From Pseudomonadota bacterium (GTDB taxonomy: Bacteria > Desulfobacterota > Desulfobacteria > Desulfobacterales > JBDRRP01): DNA of 64,000 nucleotides. Made by a program: the position numbers and the translations under genes. The notes beneath the pieces are model-generated. The model ran no database searches. It saw nothing but the letters and a program-made list of their open reading frames with translations, and was not told where the DNA came from. Where the stretch lies: assembly GCA_043825735.1 (NCBI GenBank), contig JBDRRP010000145.1, positions 1 to 64,000 of the forward strand, in the 5' to 3' direction. Positions 21,851-30,783 of the stretch are shown in pieces (positions within the stretch are counted from its first letter, which is position 1; each line of letters begins with the position of its first letter).

Positions 21851-22249
21851 ATGGCGATTCGCTTTGATCAATATCCCGAGCTCAAGCTGACGATTTTTCG
21901 ATGGGAAGGTATTGTCACGGCGAACCAGTGGTTGGACGTACACCAATCATATATGAAAAACCCCTCCCGCTTCGAGGTTCATGATTTCCTCAACGCCGAC
22001 GGAAGCGGATTCGACTACCAGGGATTCCAGTCCTTGATCCATCGCATCAACGCTGTCACCATCGACAACCCTTCCACCAAGTGCAAATCTGTTTTTGTCA
22101 CAGGAAATCTGATCGATTTCAACCTGGGTCAAACCTTCAGCATGCTGGCCGATGTTCACGGGATTTCCAGAAAGTACCTGACAGTGAACACCATGGCCGA
22201 AGCGTTCGCAGCCCTCGGCATCTCACCGCCCGAAGGCATCGGCATCTAA
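21851..22249 (+). CDS. Hypothetical protein (possibly STAS/SEC14-like fold)
   Basis: GGAGGG RBS, 132 aa, operonic spacing. Confidence 0.65.
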   Translation: MAIRFDQYPELKLTIFRWEGIVTANQWLDVHQSYMKNPSRFEVHDFLNADGSGFDYQGFQSLIHRINAVTIDNPSTKCKSVFVTGNLIDFNLGQTFSMLADVHGISRKYLTVNTMAEAFAALGISPPEGIGI

Positions 22250-22285
22250 TCGGCCGGATAGCGTCTCGAACGGGTGTTGAAAAAA

Positions 22286-22412
22286 TTGATGAATCCGGAA
22301 AAAGTGATTTTGAACCACAGAGACCGCAGAGAATATTATGAATAATTAATAAGTTATCTCTGCGCTCTCGGTGTCCTCCGTGGTGATTTCAGACTTTTTA
22401 CGGGCACATCGA
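22286..22412 (+). mobile_element. MITE family B (palindromic ACCACAGAG core)
   Basis: TIRs TTGATGAATCCGGAAAAAGT / ACTTTTTACGGGCACATCGA; near-identical to 43089-43223 and 61793-61929. Confidence 0.75.
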
Positions 22413-22414
22413 GA

Positions 22415-23581
22415 CTATGGGAAAAGCCCACGCTGGCGGGGCCGGGGGCTGCAAAAACATAGCGATTCCGACAGAGCACCTGATCGATCCTCTGACGCCA
22501 GCCACGCCTCCCAGTCCCTGCAGTACGCCGCCTGGGGCGCCTGCGCATAATCCACCCGCCACTGCCCCGAACCGGTCCGCTCAACCTGCACGGCATCGTT
22601 GAAGATCAGCGACGTCTCCTGGGCCATCACCACTGGGAATCCGTAAGGGACGTTACGGTGTTTGGGACAGTGGTTTTCCCTGATCCGTTCGGCCAGAAAG
22701 GCCACGTGGCTGTCGAGCCGCTGGCGGTGCACCGACGCCGACAGCGCCGCCGCCCTGCCGACGGTCTGCGCGATGGTTTGCGCCAGGCCCGAATCAATCT
22801 CGTAGCCGATGCTGTTTCGGCCGGCAGCCATGGCCGCGGCAGTCGTGGTGGCGGTTCCCAGAAACGGGTCGAGCACCCGGTCTCCTTTTACCGAATACAT
22901 GGCAATGAGCCGCTGGGCGATATCGAAGGGAAATGCGCCGCTGCGCTTGCGGACATCCTTTTCGCCCAGTAACTGGCGAGATCCTTTGACGTCAAACCAC
23001 ACGTCGGAAAACCAGGCGTTTCGCTCCTCCCAGAACAGGGCGCTTTCACGCCGACGCTGCTTGTCCGGATCGGTGACGAATTCCCGTTTGGGCCCCTTTC
23101 GGAAAATGAGGATGTATTCGTGCTCCAGCGTCACGTATGCCCCGGCCGGAAGCACGCCCGAGCCCATAAATTTATTGGGTGCATTGGTCTGTTTTCGCCA
23201 GATGATCCCCGGCAACGCCATGAGGCCGACCTCTGTCAGGGCCTTCTGGATCCGCATGTGGCTGGGGTAAAGGGCGAAGTCGCCCCCCACGGTCCGGGTG
23301 GCATCTCCGATGTTGATGCAGGCAAACCCTCCCGGGACCAGCACGCGGTGGACTTCGGCCCACACCGGATCCAGACGCCGGTGCATCATCTCGAAGGCGG
23401 CATTCCCCTCGCCGCGCTGAAGGGCGGCGGCTACGGCAACATCACTACGAGAGAACAGCTCATCCCACATGGCGATCATTGGATAGGGCGGAGAGGTCAC
23501 GATCAGGTGAACGCTGCCATCGGGCACCTGGTCCATGCGCTCGGCGGTATCGAAAAAAACCTCGTGTCGGGTCTGCTGCAT
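22415..23581 (-). CDS. Orphan beta-class N4-cytosine DNA methyltransferase
   Basis: TSPPYPMIAMWD catalytic motif precedes DPFLGTATT SAM-binding motif; no adjacent restriction nuclease. Confidence 0.88.
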   Translation of the reverse strand: MQQTRHEVFFDTAERMDQVPDGSVHLIVTSPPYPMIAMWDELFSRSDVAVAAALQRGEGNAAFEMMHRRLDPVWAEVHRVLVPGGFACINIGDATRTVGGDFALYPSHMRIQKALTEVGLMALPGIIWRKQTNAPNKFMGSGVLPAGAYVTLEHEYILIFRKGPKREFVTDPDKQRRRESALFWEERNAWFSDVWFDVKGSRQLLGEKDVRKRSGAFPFDIAQRLIAMYSVKGDRVLDPFLGTATTTAAAMAAGRNSIGYEIDSGLAQTIAQTVGRAAALSASVHRQRLDSHVAFLAERIRENHCPKHRNVPYGFPVVMAQETSLIFNDAVQVERTGSGQWRVDYAQAPQAAYCRDWEAWLASEDRSGALSESLCFCSPRPRQRGLFP

Positions 23582-23885
23582 GTGATGACATCTCCAGAGA
23601 GTCTCTATGCCTCCCCGATGGGGGCGCCCTCTATCCGAGTGGGCATCCGGCCGCACAGCCGAGGCATTTTGGGCATAATCTTTTTCAAGTCTATCCGCCA
23701 TCGGCGCATGCCCGATGCTGCAGTGTGAAAAAAGCGCTAAAGTTTCGACGCTTTCGGTCGATACCTTTTTCAAAGTAGACATGCCGGCTATTGGTGCCCG
23801 TTATTTCCTGCTTCTCACCGGCAAAGTAATAGTGACGGTTGACAATATCCACATTCACCGATTACAAGCGGGTATCGAGTTCACC

Positions 23886-23981
23886 GCGTCTCGAAAAAGG
23901 CAAAGCCATCGAAAGGTGGCGACGCAAAGCCACGGGTCTAAAACCGATTCAATCGGTCATGATCGCCGGGTTGCCGGATGC
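23886..23981 (+). ncRNA. c-di-GMP-I riboswitch
   Basis: GGCAAAGCCATC-GAAA-GGTGGCGACGCAAAGCCACGGGTCTAA...GATCGCCGGGTTGCCG; canonical GNRA loop and receptor. Confidence 0.93.
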
Positions 23982-24034
23982 CGCCCATTACGCCTCCGGA
24001 CCGTTGCGACATGACTGGGCCGCGAGGTTTTTTT

Positions 24035-24451
24035 ATGATGAAGTCCATACTGCGATTAACAGCCGTCCTCCTGGCCGTCGCCATCACATTGGCACTTGTC
24101 GGCTGCCGTTCTGAAATACCGGAAGACAAGACCATTGTCAAAAATGGACGTCTCTACAGGACCGGAGACGCCGCAGAGCCTTTTTCCGGCATCGTCACCG
24201 GTATCGACAGGGAGCCCGGGAGCCCGCCCTTGAGCTTTCGCAAGCGATACGTCAACGGTCTTCGGCAAGGCGATAGCAACTATTTTTACCCGAACGGCAA
24301 ACTGGCCCGGCAGGAACCTTATAAAGACGACCGTATCAACGGCATCCTGACCTGTTACTACGAAAACGGACGGCTCCAGGGACGGGCTCACGTCGTCGAC
24401 GGTGAGCGCGGCGGTGAGCACGGCGAGGTCTTTTTCCCGTTAACCCGATAA
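24035..24451 (+). CDS. Lipoprotein with MORN-like (YwqK-type) repeats
   Basis: Lipobox LVG-C; repeats YVNGLRQG..FYPNGK, YKDDRING..YYENGR. Confidence 0.8.
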   Translation: MMKSILRLTAVLLAVAITLALVGCRSEIPEDKTIVKNGRLYRTGDAAEPFSGIVTGIDREPGSPPLSFRKRYVNGLRQGDSNYFYPNGKLARQEPYKDDRINGILTCYYENGRLQGRAHVVDGERGGEHGEVFFPLTR

Positions 24452-24494
24452 ACCGGTGCACCACCCGGATAGAAAGCCGTCAGGAGAACCCCAT

Positions 24495-24836
24495 ATGTAT
24501 ACCATCCGCCAAGAGGTCAACGGCAAGACGGGGCAGTTGAACATCGGCTGGAGCCATGAGCGCAAGTTGATCGTGGCCAGTGTGGCCGTGGTCAAGACCG
24601 CGGCGCAGCTGAACCTTCCCAACCGGCTCTATAAGTTCTTATACACCAACATGGCCTCAGCCGCTGTGGATATGAGCGGCATCGGCTTCAGGATACCGGC
24701 GCACATCTTCCATGCCATCACCCGGGAGATCTTCTCCGGACGCAAGAAGGACCGCGCCATCGCCCGCGTGACGCCGGTGACTCCGCTGGTCGTCACTCCG
24801 GAGGGCGTGCAGTTTCTCTCTCGCCCCTCGTTTTGA
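24495..24836 (+). CDS. Hypothetical protein
   Basis: AGGAG RBS; 113 aa; follows the lipoprotein gene. Confidence 0.65.
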   Translation: MYTIRQEVNGKTGQLNIGWSHERKLIVASVAVVKTAAQLNLPNRLYKFLYTNMASAAVDMSGIGFRIPAHIFHAITREIFSGRKKDRAIARVTPVTPLVVTPEGVQFLSRPSF

Positions 24837-24930
24837 GCCGCCGGGGCGCATGAGCCTGCCCCGAGCCTCATGCACCGCCCTGCCTCCGGTAATTCGACAT
24901 GCATTTTCGATGTGCCGGCCGATCCGGATC

Positions 24931-25917
24931 TCACGCCAACTCGAAGTAATACATCGGTACGCCCGGGGACTGGGCCTGGCGAGCCTTGAACGCTTCGGGG
25001 GTCTCCTGGCGAAACCCCAGAGACAGGTAGAGTTGCTGGAGTTTTATGTTCCGGGTGAGCGAAATGAACCGATGGTAGCCCTTGGTTTTCATCTCGCGGA
25101 TAAATGCATTGACGGTGAAAACCCCGACCCTCTGGTTGCGAAACTTGGTGGCGATGGCCAGCGCCCCCAACTCGACGGTATCCTGATCGACAGGCTTTTC
25201 CTCGACACATCCCACAACGATATCGTCGATGCGGGTCACATAGAAAAACGGCAGGTGTTCCAACAGGTACTGCCGGTCCCTCGGCTTGATGAGCCCCTCC
25301 TTGCTGTACTGATCCAGCATGGCCGCCACCAACGGCAGACCCGCCATCGTCAGCGGCGCAAAGGTTTCGGTGAAGTTGTTGGCGATGAGGGTGCCGGCCC
25401 CCTCGATGGTCAAGAGCTCTTTACGGAGCGTCTGTCTGCCCGCCGGCACGATGTGCACCCGGTTGTATATGCCGGCGTCTATTTTCTGGCAAATGCGATC
25501 CAAAGCGTTTCTGAAGTTCACGTTTCCCACCCACCCGGCCACGTCGCTGATGAGCTGGGTGCTGATGGCGTTGATTTTGCGCCCCTTCTGATCCTGCAGA
25601 AAGCGGCGTTCCAGAAACACGAGTTTGAACGCCGTGTCGGTGCGATCGAGTACCTGCTGGTAGAAATCGGTGTCAGGCATGAGCCGGATGATGTGCGTTT
25701 CCGGCAGTCGATCCGCCAGCCGCTGAAAATGCTTCTGGTTGGCAAACCGGTTGGACATGTTGTGGATCAGGGCCGTTTTCATCCCCTGGCGGGCCAGAAA
25801 TTTCAGGTCCGAGACGATGTGCTCGAAATGATCGCGCAGAATCCCCTCCCGGCAGGCGACAACAATGTCCTTACCGGATAGCGCTCCCGTGTAGGCCTCC
25901 AGGTGCAGTTTGCTCAT
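24931..25917 (-). CDS. ArgA-like protein: shortened amino-acid-kinase-like domain + GNAT acetyltransferase
   Basis: RVHIV..ELLTIEGAGTLI (ArgA/ArgB signature); GNAT ELGALAI..FRNQRVG. Confidence 0.75.
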   Translation of the reverse strand: MSKLHLEAYTGALSGKDIVVACREGILRDHFEHIVSDLKFLARQGMKTALIHNMSNRFANQKHFQRLADRLPETHIIRLMPDTDFYQQVLDRTDTAFKLVFLERRFLQDQKGRKINAISTQLISDVAGWVGNVNFRNALDRICQKIDAGIYNRVHIVPAGRQTLRKELLTIEGAGTLIANNFTETFAPLTMAGLPLVAAMLDQYSKEGLIKPRDRQYLLEHLPFFYVTRIDDIVVGCVEEKPVDQDTVELGALAIATKFRNQRVGVFTVNAFIREMKTKGYHRFISLTRNIKLQQLYLSLGFRQETPEAFKARQAQSPGVPMYYFELA

Positions 25918-27017
25918 TTTATTTTGGAATATCCGGGTATCAGTGTCCGTGTGGAGAGCACTCCGTTGAGCTGGCGCACGGACTCGTGAATGAACTGGGA
26001 GACCATTTCCGCGTCGGAGCTGAGCAGGTCCCGGGTGATCTCAACCTTTACCAGCAGGTCCACTTCCCCGAACACCGAATGGATTTCCTTCACCCCGTCG
26101 AGTTCGAAGAGTTTCTCGATGATGCGGTTTTCCTTTTTCGCCTGAACGTTCATGAGCACGAACGCAGTGATGCGATGCTTCATGTCCGGATACTCTGTCT
26201 TCTCCAGTTCTGCCATTTTCGCTCTGAATGCCTCCATGTCTTTGGGGATGAGCTTGTCCACGCCGATGCCGTAGGAACGCTTGCGCCCCTGGTTCCACTG
26301 ATGCCATGAAATGTAGGCGTAGAGATCGGCAATGGTTCTTTTGGGAAAAGAGACGTTCAGCCGCCCCCGCTTGATAATGGCGCACAGCGGGGTGTAGATG
26401 GTCCGGTACCAGTCGATGGCGGCGTCAGTCAAGTTTACGGGCGCGTGATCGGCCTTATGAGACAAATACGTCTGGTGCTCTGAAATCTGTTCGAGCAACC
26501 CGTCATACTGCCCGACCTCCGTCAACTCGATGTCCGCGGAAAGGCCGGTCAGGTCAAAAAATGCCGCTCGTTCCCGATACCGGACGTTTTCAAGAGAGCT
26601 GGGACTGGGAATGAACTCCACGATAGTGGCCAGGATGTCGTCGTGGCCCATCTCCTTTGCTGCGGCAATGCGATGGTTGCCGTCGAGCACATAATACTCG
26701 TCCTTGATTTGATAGAGCTTCACCGGCGGCAGGGGCTTGCCCTCGCGCATGGCGGCTTTCACCCGCTCGAGGCGCTCCGATGGCACCCGCTGCTTCAACC
26801 GGAACTGGTGATCGAAGTCCTGGTAGCGGCCGACGCTGCCGACGATCTTCTCCAGCGCCACGGTGCGGATGCCCCGGTCACGACTGTCGAATGCCTGCGC
26901 GCGCTCCTGATCCTGACTGAAGCATTTGACATCGTCCACATCGCACGGTTTGTCAGGAGCGCCGGACAGCCTTGCCAGCCACCGTTTCAGACGGGATGTC
27001 GATGATGGTGTGTCCAT
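25914..27017 (-). CDS. ParB/Srx-like domain (DUF4032-type) protein with C-terminal Lrp/AsnC ligand-binding domain
   Basis: IVGSVGRYQDFD, PPVKLY..YYVLDGNHR; C-terminal TAFVLMNV..GVKEIHSVFGEVDLLVKV..GVLSTRTLI. Confidence 0.82.
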   Translation of the reverse strand: MDTPSSTSRLKRWLARLSGAPDKPCDVDDVKCFSQDQERAQAFDSRDRGIRTVALEKIVGSVGRYQDFDHQFRLKQRVPSERLERVKAAMREGKPLPPVKLYQIKDEYYVLDGNHRIAAAKEMGHDDILATIVEFIPSPSSLENVRYRERAAFFDLTGLSADIELTEVGQYDGLLEQISEHQTYLSHKADHAPVNLTDAAIDWYRTIYTPLCAIIKRGRLNVSFPKRTIADLYAYISWHQWNQGRKRSYGIGVDKLIPKDMEAFRAKMAELEKTEYPDMKHRITAFVLMNVQAKKENRIIEKLFELDGVKEIHSVFGEVDLLVKVEITRDLLSSDAEMVSQFIHESVRQLNGVLSTRTLIPGYSKIK

Positions 27018-27582
27018 AGCAATTGATGACCTGTGTATCGCCGATCCGAGTCACGCGCGCTTCGGCTGACTCGAATTGGCGGTGAATATGGCCGTGGAGA
27101 AAATACGACGGCCGGTACCGGTCGATGAGCCGCCGGTAGGTCCTGAACCCCCGGTGGCACGGGTCCTCGGCATCGTGAATAAAGCGCGGCGGTGCGTGCG
27201 CCACCACAATATCAACGCCGCGGCCCCACCAGATCGACGGTCGCAGCGAAAACAGCCGCCAGCGCATTTCCGCCTCCGTGTACTGGTAAGGTCCGCCATT
27301 GTACCACCGAGAGCCTTCGATACCGAGGATATTCATCGCCCTGAACCGAATGAGCCTGAGGTGTATGTCCGTGCAGCCCGTCGGCGTGGTGTCTTCGTAG
27401 CGGATGTCGTGGTTGCCGCGGACATAATACAGCGGCACCTGCCAAATGGCGACAAGGGTGCTCAGGTACTCCGGCGGCAGGTCTCCGCAGGAAATGACCA
27501 TGTCCACTGCCGGAGTCGATCCCGGGCCGGTGGGGCTCGTGAGCGCCGGAGTGACGGTATCGGAGACGGCGAGTATTTTCAT
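26953..27582 (-). CDS. Calcineurin-like metallophosphoesterase
   Basis: AVSD, CGDL, RGNHD, AHAPP, HGHIH. Confidence 0.9.
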   Translation of the reverse strand: MKILAVSDTVTPALTSPTGPGSTPAVDMVISCGDLPPEYLSTLVAIWQVPLYYVRGNHDIRYEDTTPTGCTDIHLRLIRFRAMNILGIEGSRWYNGGPYQYTEAEMRWRLFSLRPSIWWGRGVDIVVAHAPPRFIHDAEDPCHRGFRTYRRLIDRYRPSYFLHGHIHRQFESAEARVTRIGDTQVINCYGHTIIDIPSETVAGKAVRRS

Positions 27583-27690
27583 ATCATGTATGGGTTGCGG
27601 CGATAGCAGATCCTGCGGTAGTGCGTTTATCAAATGCCAGCGCGCCGCATCGCATCGAAACTACGTCACAATCTTCACCAGTGCAAGCCC

Positions 27691-27726
27691 GATGAAGCGG
27701 AACGTTATTCTGACAAATACGATATA
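27691..27726 (+). repeat. MITE family A end fragment
   Basis: GATGAAGCGGAACGTTATTCTGACAAATAC resembles GATGAAACGGAACATTATTCTGACAAGCAC. Confidence 0.6.
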
Positions 27727-27729
27727 CGC

Positions 27730-29622
27730 TTATGCGGCAATGCTGCAGGTATCGATAATATCGCGGATCCGTTTGCCCAGGGTGCTCATGCTGAAAGGCT
27801 TCTGGATAAAACCGCGGGCACCGTTGTGAAGGAGTTTTTCGGACTTGCTGTCCATTGAATAGCCGCTCGAAACGAGGACATTCACCTGAGGGTCTATCTT
27901 GAGGAGCTTTTCGAACAACGCTTCGCCAGAGAGCCCCGGCATCACCATGTCCATAATGACCAGATTGATATCGCCGGCTTTTTCCCGATAGATGTCCAGG
28001 GCTTCATGACCGTTTTGCGCCGACAGGGTCCGATAGCCGGCGGCCACGAGCATCCTCGTGGTGACATCATTGACCATCGGCTCATCGTCCACAACGAGGA
28101 TGGTTTCGCTGCCGCCGGCCCACTCGCCGGTGGGGGCGACGGCGACACTGGGAAGGGGGCCCGCCGCGGGCAGGTAAATACTGAACGTGGCCCCTTCGCC
28201 GACGATTGACTCAGCGTCGATATATCCGCCGTGACCTTTGACGATCCCGTAAGCGGATGCCAGCCCCAGGCCCGTCCCGCGCCCCATTTCCTTGGTGGTA
28301 AAAAAGGGGTCGAAAATACGGGTCAATGTTCGCCTGTCCATGCCGATACCGGTATCTCTGACGGTAAGGCGGATATAGCGGCCGGGCTTGGGGGTGTACT
28401 GTTTGCCGGATATATCCCGGTGGGAGACGACATCAGAGCCGAGATACAGGCTGCCGCCGTTGGGCATGGCGTCGGCGGCATTGACCATGAGGTTTACCAG
28501 CACCTGCTCCATCTGCCCGCCGTCTGCATGAACCGATTCGATTTCCGGATTCAGATCCAACTCGATGGCCACCCCCTTCATGGTGCGGCCGATGGTCTCA
28601 CCGGTTTTACGGATCACTTCGTTGAGATCGATCCGGTGAATTTCAAACTGCCCCTTGCGGGCGTAGCCTAGAAGTTGTCCTGTCAGTTTGGCACCGCTTT
28701 GGATGAGGCTTTCAACATTTTTAAGTTTGGCGGTCCCGGGATGGTCGTCCGGCAGTTCCGCCATGGCAAGGGAGAGATTGCCCAGCATTCCCATCATCAA
28801 GTTATTGAAATCGTGAGCGATACCGCCTGCAAGCGTGCCGATGGCTTCCATGCGCTGCGCCTGGTGGAGTTGGGCCTCCAATAGGTGACGTTCTTTTTCC
28901 CCGTTGATGCGATCGGTGATGTCGGACAGTGAGGCAACGAATGTCCGGGTTCCCGGGATTCTTCCCACCTGCACGACGATCTGTTTGGCTTTTTTCGACC
29001 GGTCGTTCAAGGTAAATTCGATTTCCGTCGGCAGGTCGGCATCAGCCAGTCGCCCTTTAAAATAAGCACTCAGACTGTCGGCTGTTTCGGTGGATACGAA
29101 ATCCGGGAGCCGTTTTCGGTGTTCGATTTCTTCACGCTGAAAACCGGTCATTTCGACAAATTTGAGGTTCACCCGTGAGATGGTCATATCCGGTTCGATG
29201 ATGATGGTAGCGGTGCCGGTATTCTCAAACACGTTGCGGTAATTGCGCTCGCTGGTGCGCAGGCGCTCAAGAGTGCGGTGGTGGTCTGCAATTTCGCGCT
29301 CCAACAGTTCGGTGGCCGCTTGCGATTTTTTTTCCGTCTGAAGCGCTTCCCACTGAATATGCCGAAGCCGGTCTTTGAGCTGCCGGAATTTTTGCTCACG
29401 GCGTAACCACGTCAAGCCGAGCAGACCACACACCAAGGGCAGGAAGAATCGCCCCGACAACAGGTCGGCGCCGGCAAGCAGCCAGCAGCCCCCGGCGACG
29501 ATCATAATACCCCCGACCACCATCGCCGCCGGCAGCCAGGTCAGCATGCCGCTTTGTCGCTTGTCGGCCGTGCCCCCCAGGGACGCGTTCTCGGATGAAA
29601 CAGATGCCTCGGTATGAATCAT
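27730..29622 (-). CDS. Membrane PAS hybrid histidine kinase with receiver domain
   Basis: Two TM segments, PAS, AHDFNN, NAADAM, DTGIGM, GTGLGL, REC VVDDE..MDMVMP; start uncertain. Confidence 0.92.
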   Translation of the reverse strand: MIHTEASVSSENASLGGTADKRQSGMLTWLPAAMVVGGIMIVAGGCWLLAGADLLSGRFFLPLVCGLLGLTWLRREQKFRQLKDRLRHIQWEALQTEKKSQAATELLEREIADHHRTLERLRTSERNYRNVFENTGTATIIIEPDMTISRVNLKFVEMTGFQREEIEHRKRLPDFVSTETADSLSAYFKGRLADADLPTEIEFTLNDRSKKAKQIVVQVGRIPGTRTFVASLSDITDRINGEKERHLLEAQLHQAQRMEAIGTLAGGIAHDFNNLMMGMLGNLSLAMAELPDDHPGTAKLKNVESLIQSGAKLTGQLLGYARKGQFEIHRIDLNEVIRKTGETIGRTMKGVAIELDLNPEIESVHADGGQMEQVLVNLMVNAADAMPNGGSLYLGSDVVSHRDISGKQYTPKPGRYIRLTVRDTGIGMDRRTLTRIFDPFFTTKEMGRGTGLGLASAYGIVKGHGGYIDAESIVGEGATFSIYLPAAGPLPSVAVAPTGEWAGGSETILVVDDEPMVNDVTTRMLVAAGYRTLSAQNGHEALDIYREKAGDINLVIMDMVMPGLSGEALFEKLLKIDPQVNVLVSSGYSMDSKSEKLLHNGARGFIQKPFSMSTLGKRIRDIIDTCSIAA

Positions 29623-29719
29623 GTCATCGCCGCTGGTGTTAGAATTTCTCTCGCCAGAAATATCGGCGATTCAGCACAGAACTTTAGGGAACATGCGCGC
29701 ACCAATGAATAAAATGCTT

Positions 29720-29896
29720 TATAGCCATTGTCATAAATACGTTCCGCTTTCAGAACAACGCTGGGTGACATCGAAATCGATATCGGTATCGGTATCGGTA
29801 TCGACCTGGGAAAACATCGATTTCGATCCCGATTTCGATCCCGACCCCGATAGGATCTTGGGGATGAAACGGAACATTATTCTGACAAGCACTCTA
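29720..29896 (+). mobile_element. MITE family A with internal (ATCGGT/ATCCCG)n repeats
   Basis: 26-nt imperfect TIRs (18/26 by hand) beginning with TA; core ATCGATATCGGTATCGGTATCGG...ATCGATTTCGATCCCGATTTCGATCCCGACCCCGA. Confidence 0.7.
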
Positions 29897-29947
29897 AGCG
29901 AGCGGCAAATGATACTGAGAGAGAAAAAAAAGTGTCCAGGGAGGGAA

Positions 29948-30508
29948 TCAGCCGGACTTCAGATAGGAGAGTTTTACGCGGGTGTAAGAGGTGCACAGGG
30001 TGGACCAATGGGACGCCAGCTGATTTCTCAGTTTCCGGGCTTCCTCCAGCAGGGTGTAGTCGGTAAAATCGCCGCGCCAATCCTGAAGGATGTCATAGAG
30101 GCAGCTGTAGTTGGCCATCATCAGGCGGGACTTGGCGATGCCGCCGAATCCCATGTGAAAATACCAGTTGATCTTTCGGATCAGATCGCTGAACGGGTCT
30201 TTAACGTCGGCATCGGATTTCTTCATGGACTGCTTCAACTCGTAAGTCAACAGATGGACTTTTTGTCTCACCGGGAGGAAATCGGCAATCATCTGCTGCA
30301 GCTCATTGTAGGCTGCGTCGGGGGTGTGCTCTGCGGCTTCCATGAGGAGGATGGCCCGGTCAAACACCTTCAGATAGTCTCTGTGAATGGCGGTCAGGGA
30401 AAAAAACAGGGGCTCCACTTGCTGGAAGAGAAACTGCCGCCCGGGCCGACGCTCGCTTTTTACGATATCGATGGCGCGATCAATGGCACTGGCCGTAAGC
30501 AGGAGCAT
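29948..30508 (-). CDS. Hypothetical helical protein under riboswitch control
   Basis: 186-aa ORF directly downstream of the GEMM-like leader. Confidence 0.65.
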   Translation of the reverse strand: MLLLTASAIDRAIDIVKSERRPGRQFLFQQVEPLFFSLTAIHRDYLKVFDRAILLMEAAEHTPDAAYNELQQMIADFLPVRQKVHLLTYELKQSMKKSDADVKDPFSDLIRKINWYFHMGFGGIAKSRLMMANYSCLYDILQDWRGDFTDYTLLEEARKLRNQLASHWSTLCTSYTRVKLSYLKSG

Positions 30509-30591
30509 GGTCTATCCGTCATCTCCGGAAACAGATGGGGACGTCAAAAGACGTCTAAAAGGCCGTCTAAAAACACAAATACCGGGTCGCC

Positions 30592-30676
30592 TTTCAAGGC
30601 GGCCCGGCCGACCCACCATGAGGTCCCGCAGCTTTCCGCGTCCCCTTATCCCCCGGGACTTGGCTTTTTCTTGAAA
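30592..30676 (-). ncRNA. Atypical c-di-GMP-I riboswitch
   Basis: P1 TTTCAAG/CTTGAAA enclosing GCCAAGTCCC...GGGACGCGGAAAGCTGCGGGACC...GGTCGGCCGGGCCGCC. Confidence 0.72.
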
Positions 30677-30783
30677 TTACGTGCAATTATAAGCGTACAA
30701 CCCGGTCAGCGCAATAGGCAAATCCGGTCATGATGCCAATGCTAATAGGATAATTAATCAATACCCCTCAAGGTAGGCCGGCC

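Noticed and set aside
24035..24836. Toxin-antitoxin pair
   Set aside because: The MORN protein is a lipoprotein and the neighbour shows no toxin motif
25914..27017. Chromosome partition ParB
   Set aside because: No adjacent parA, no recognisable HTH, and an AsnC domain instead
29621..30733. 370-aa ORF with SVSVS and DFDPD runs
   Set aside because: Reads through a MITE, antisense to a gene and a riboswitch
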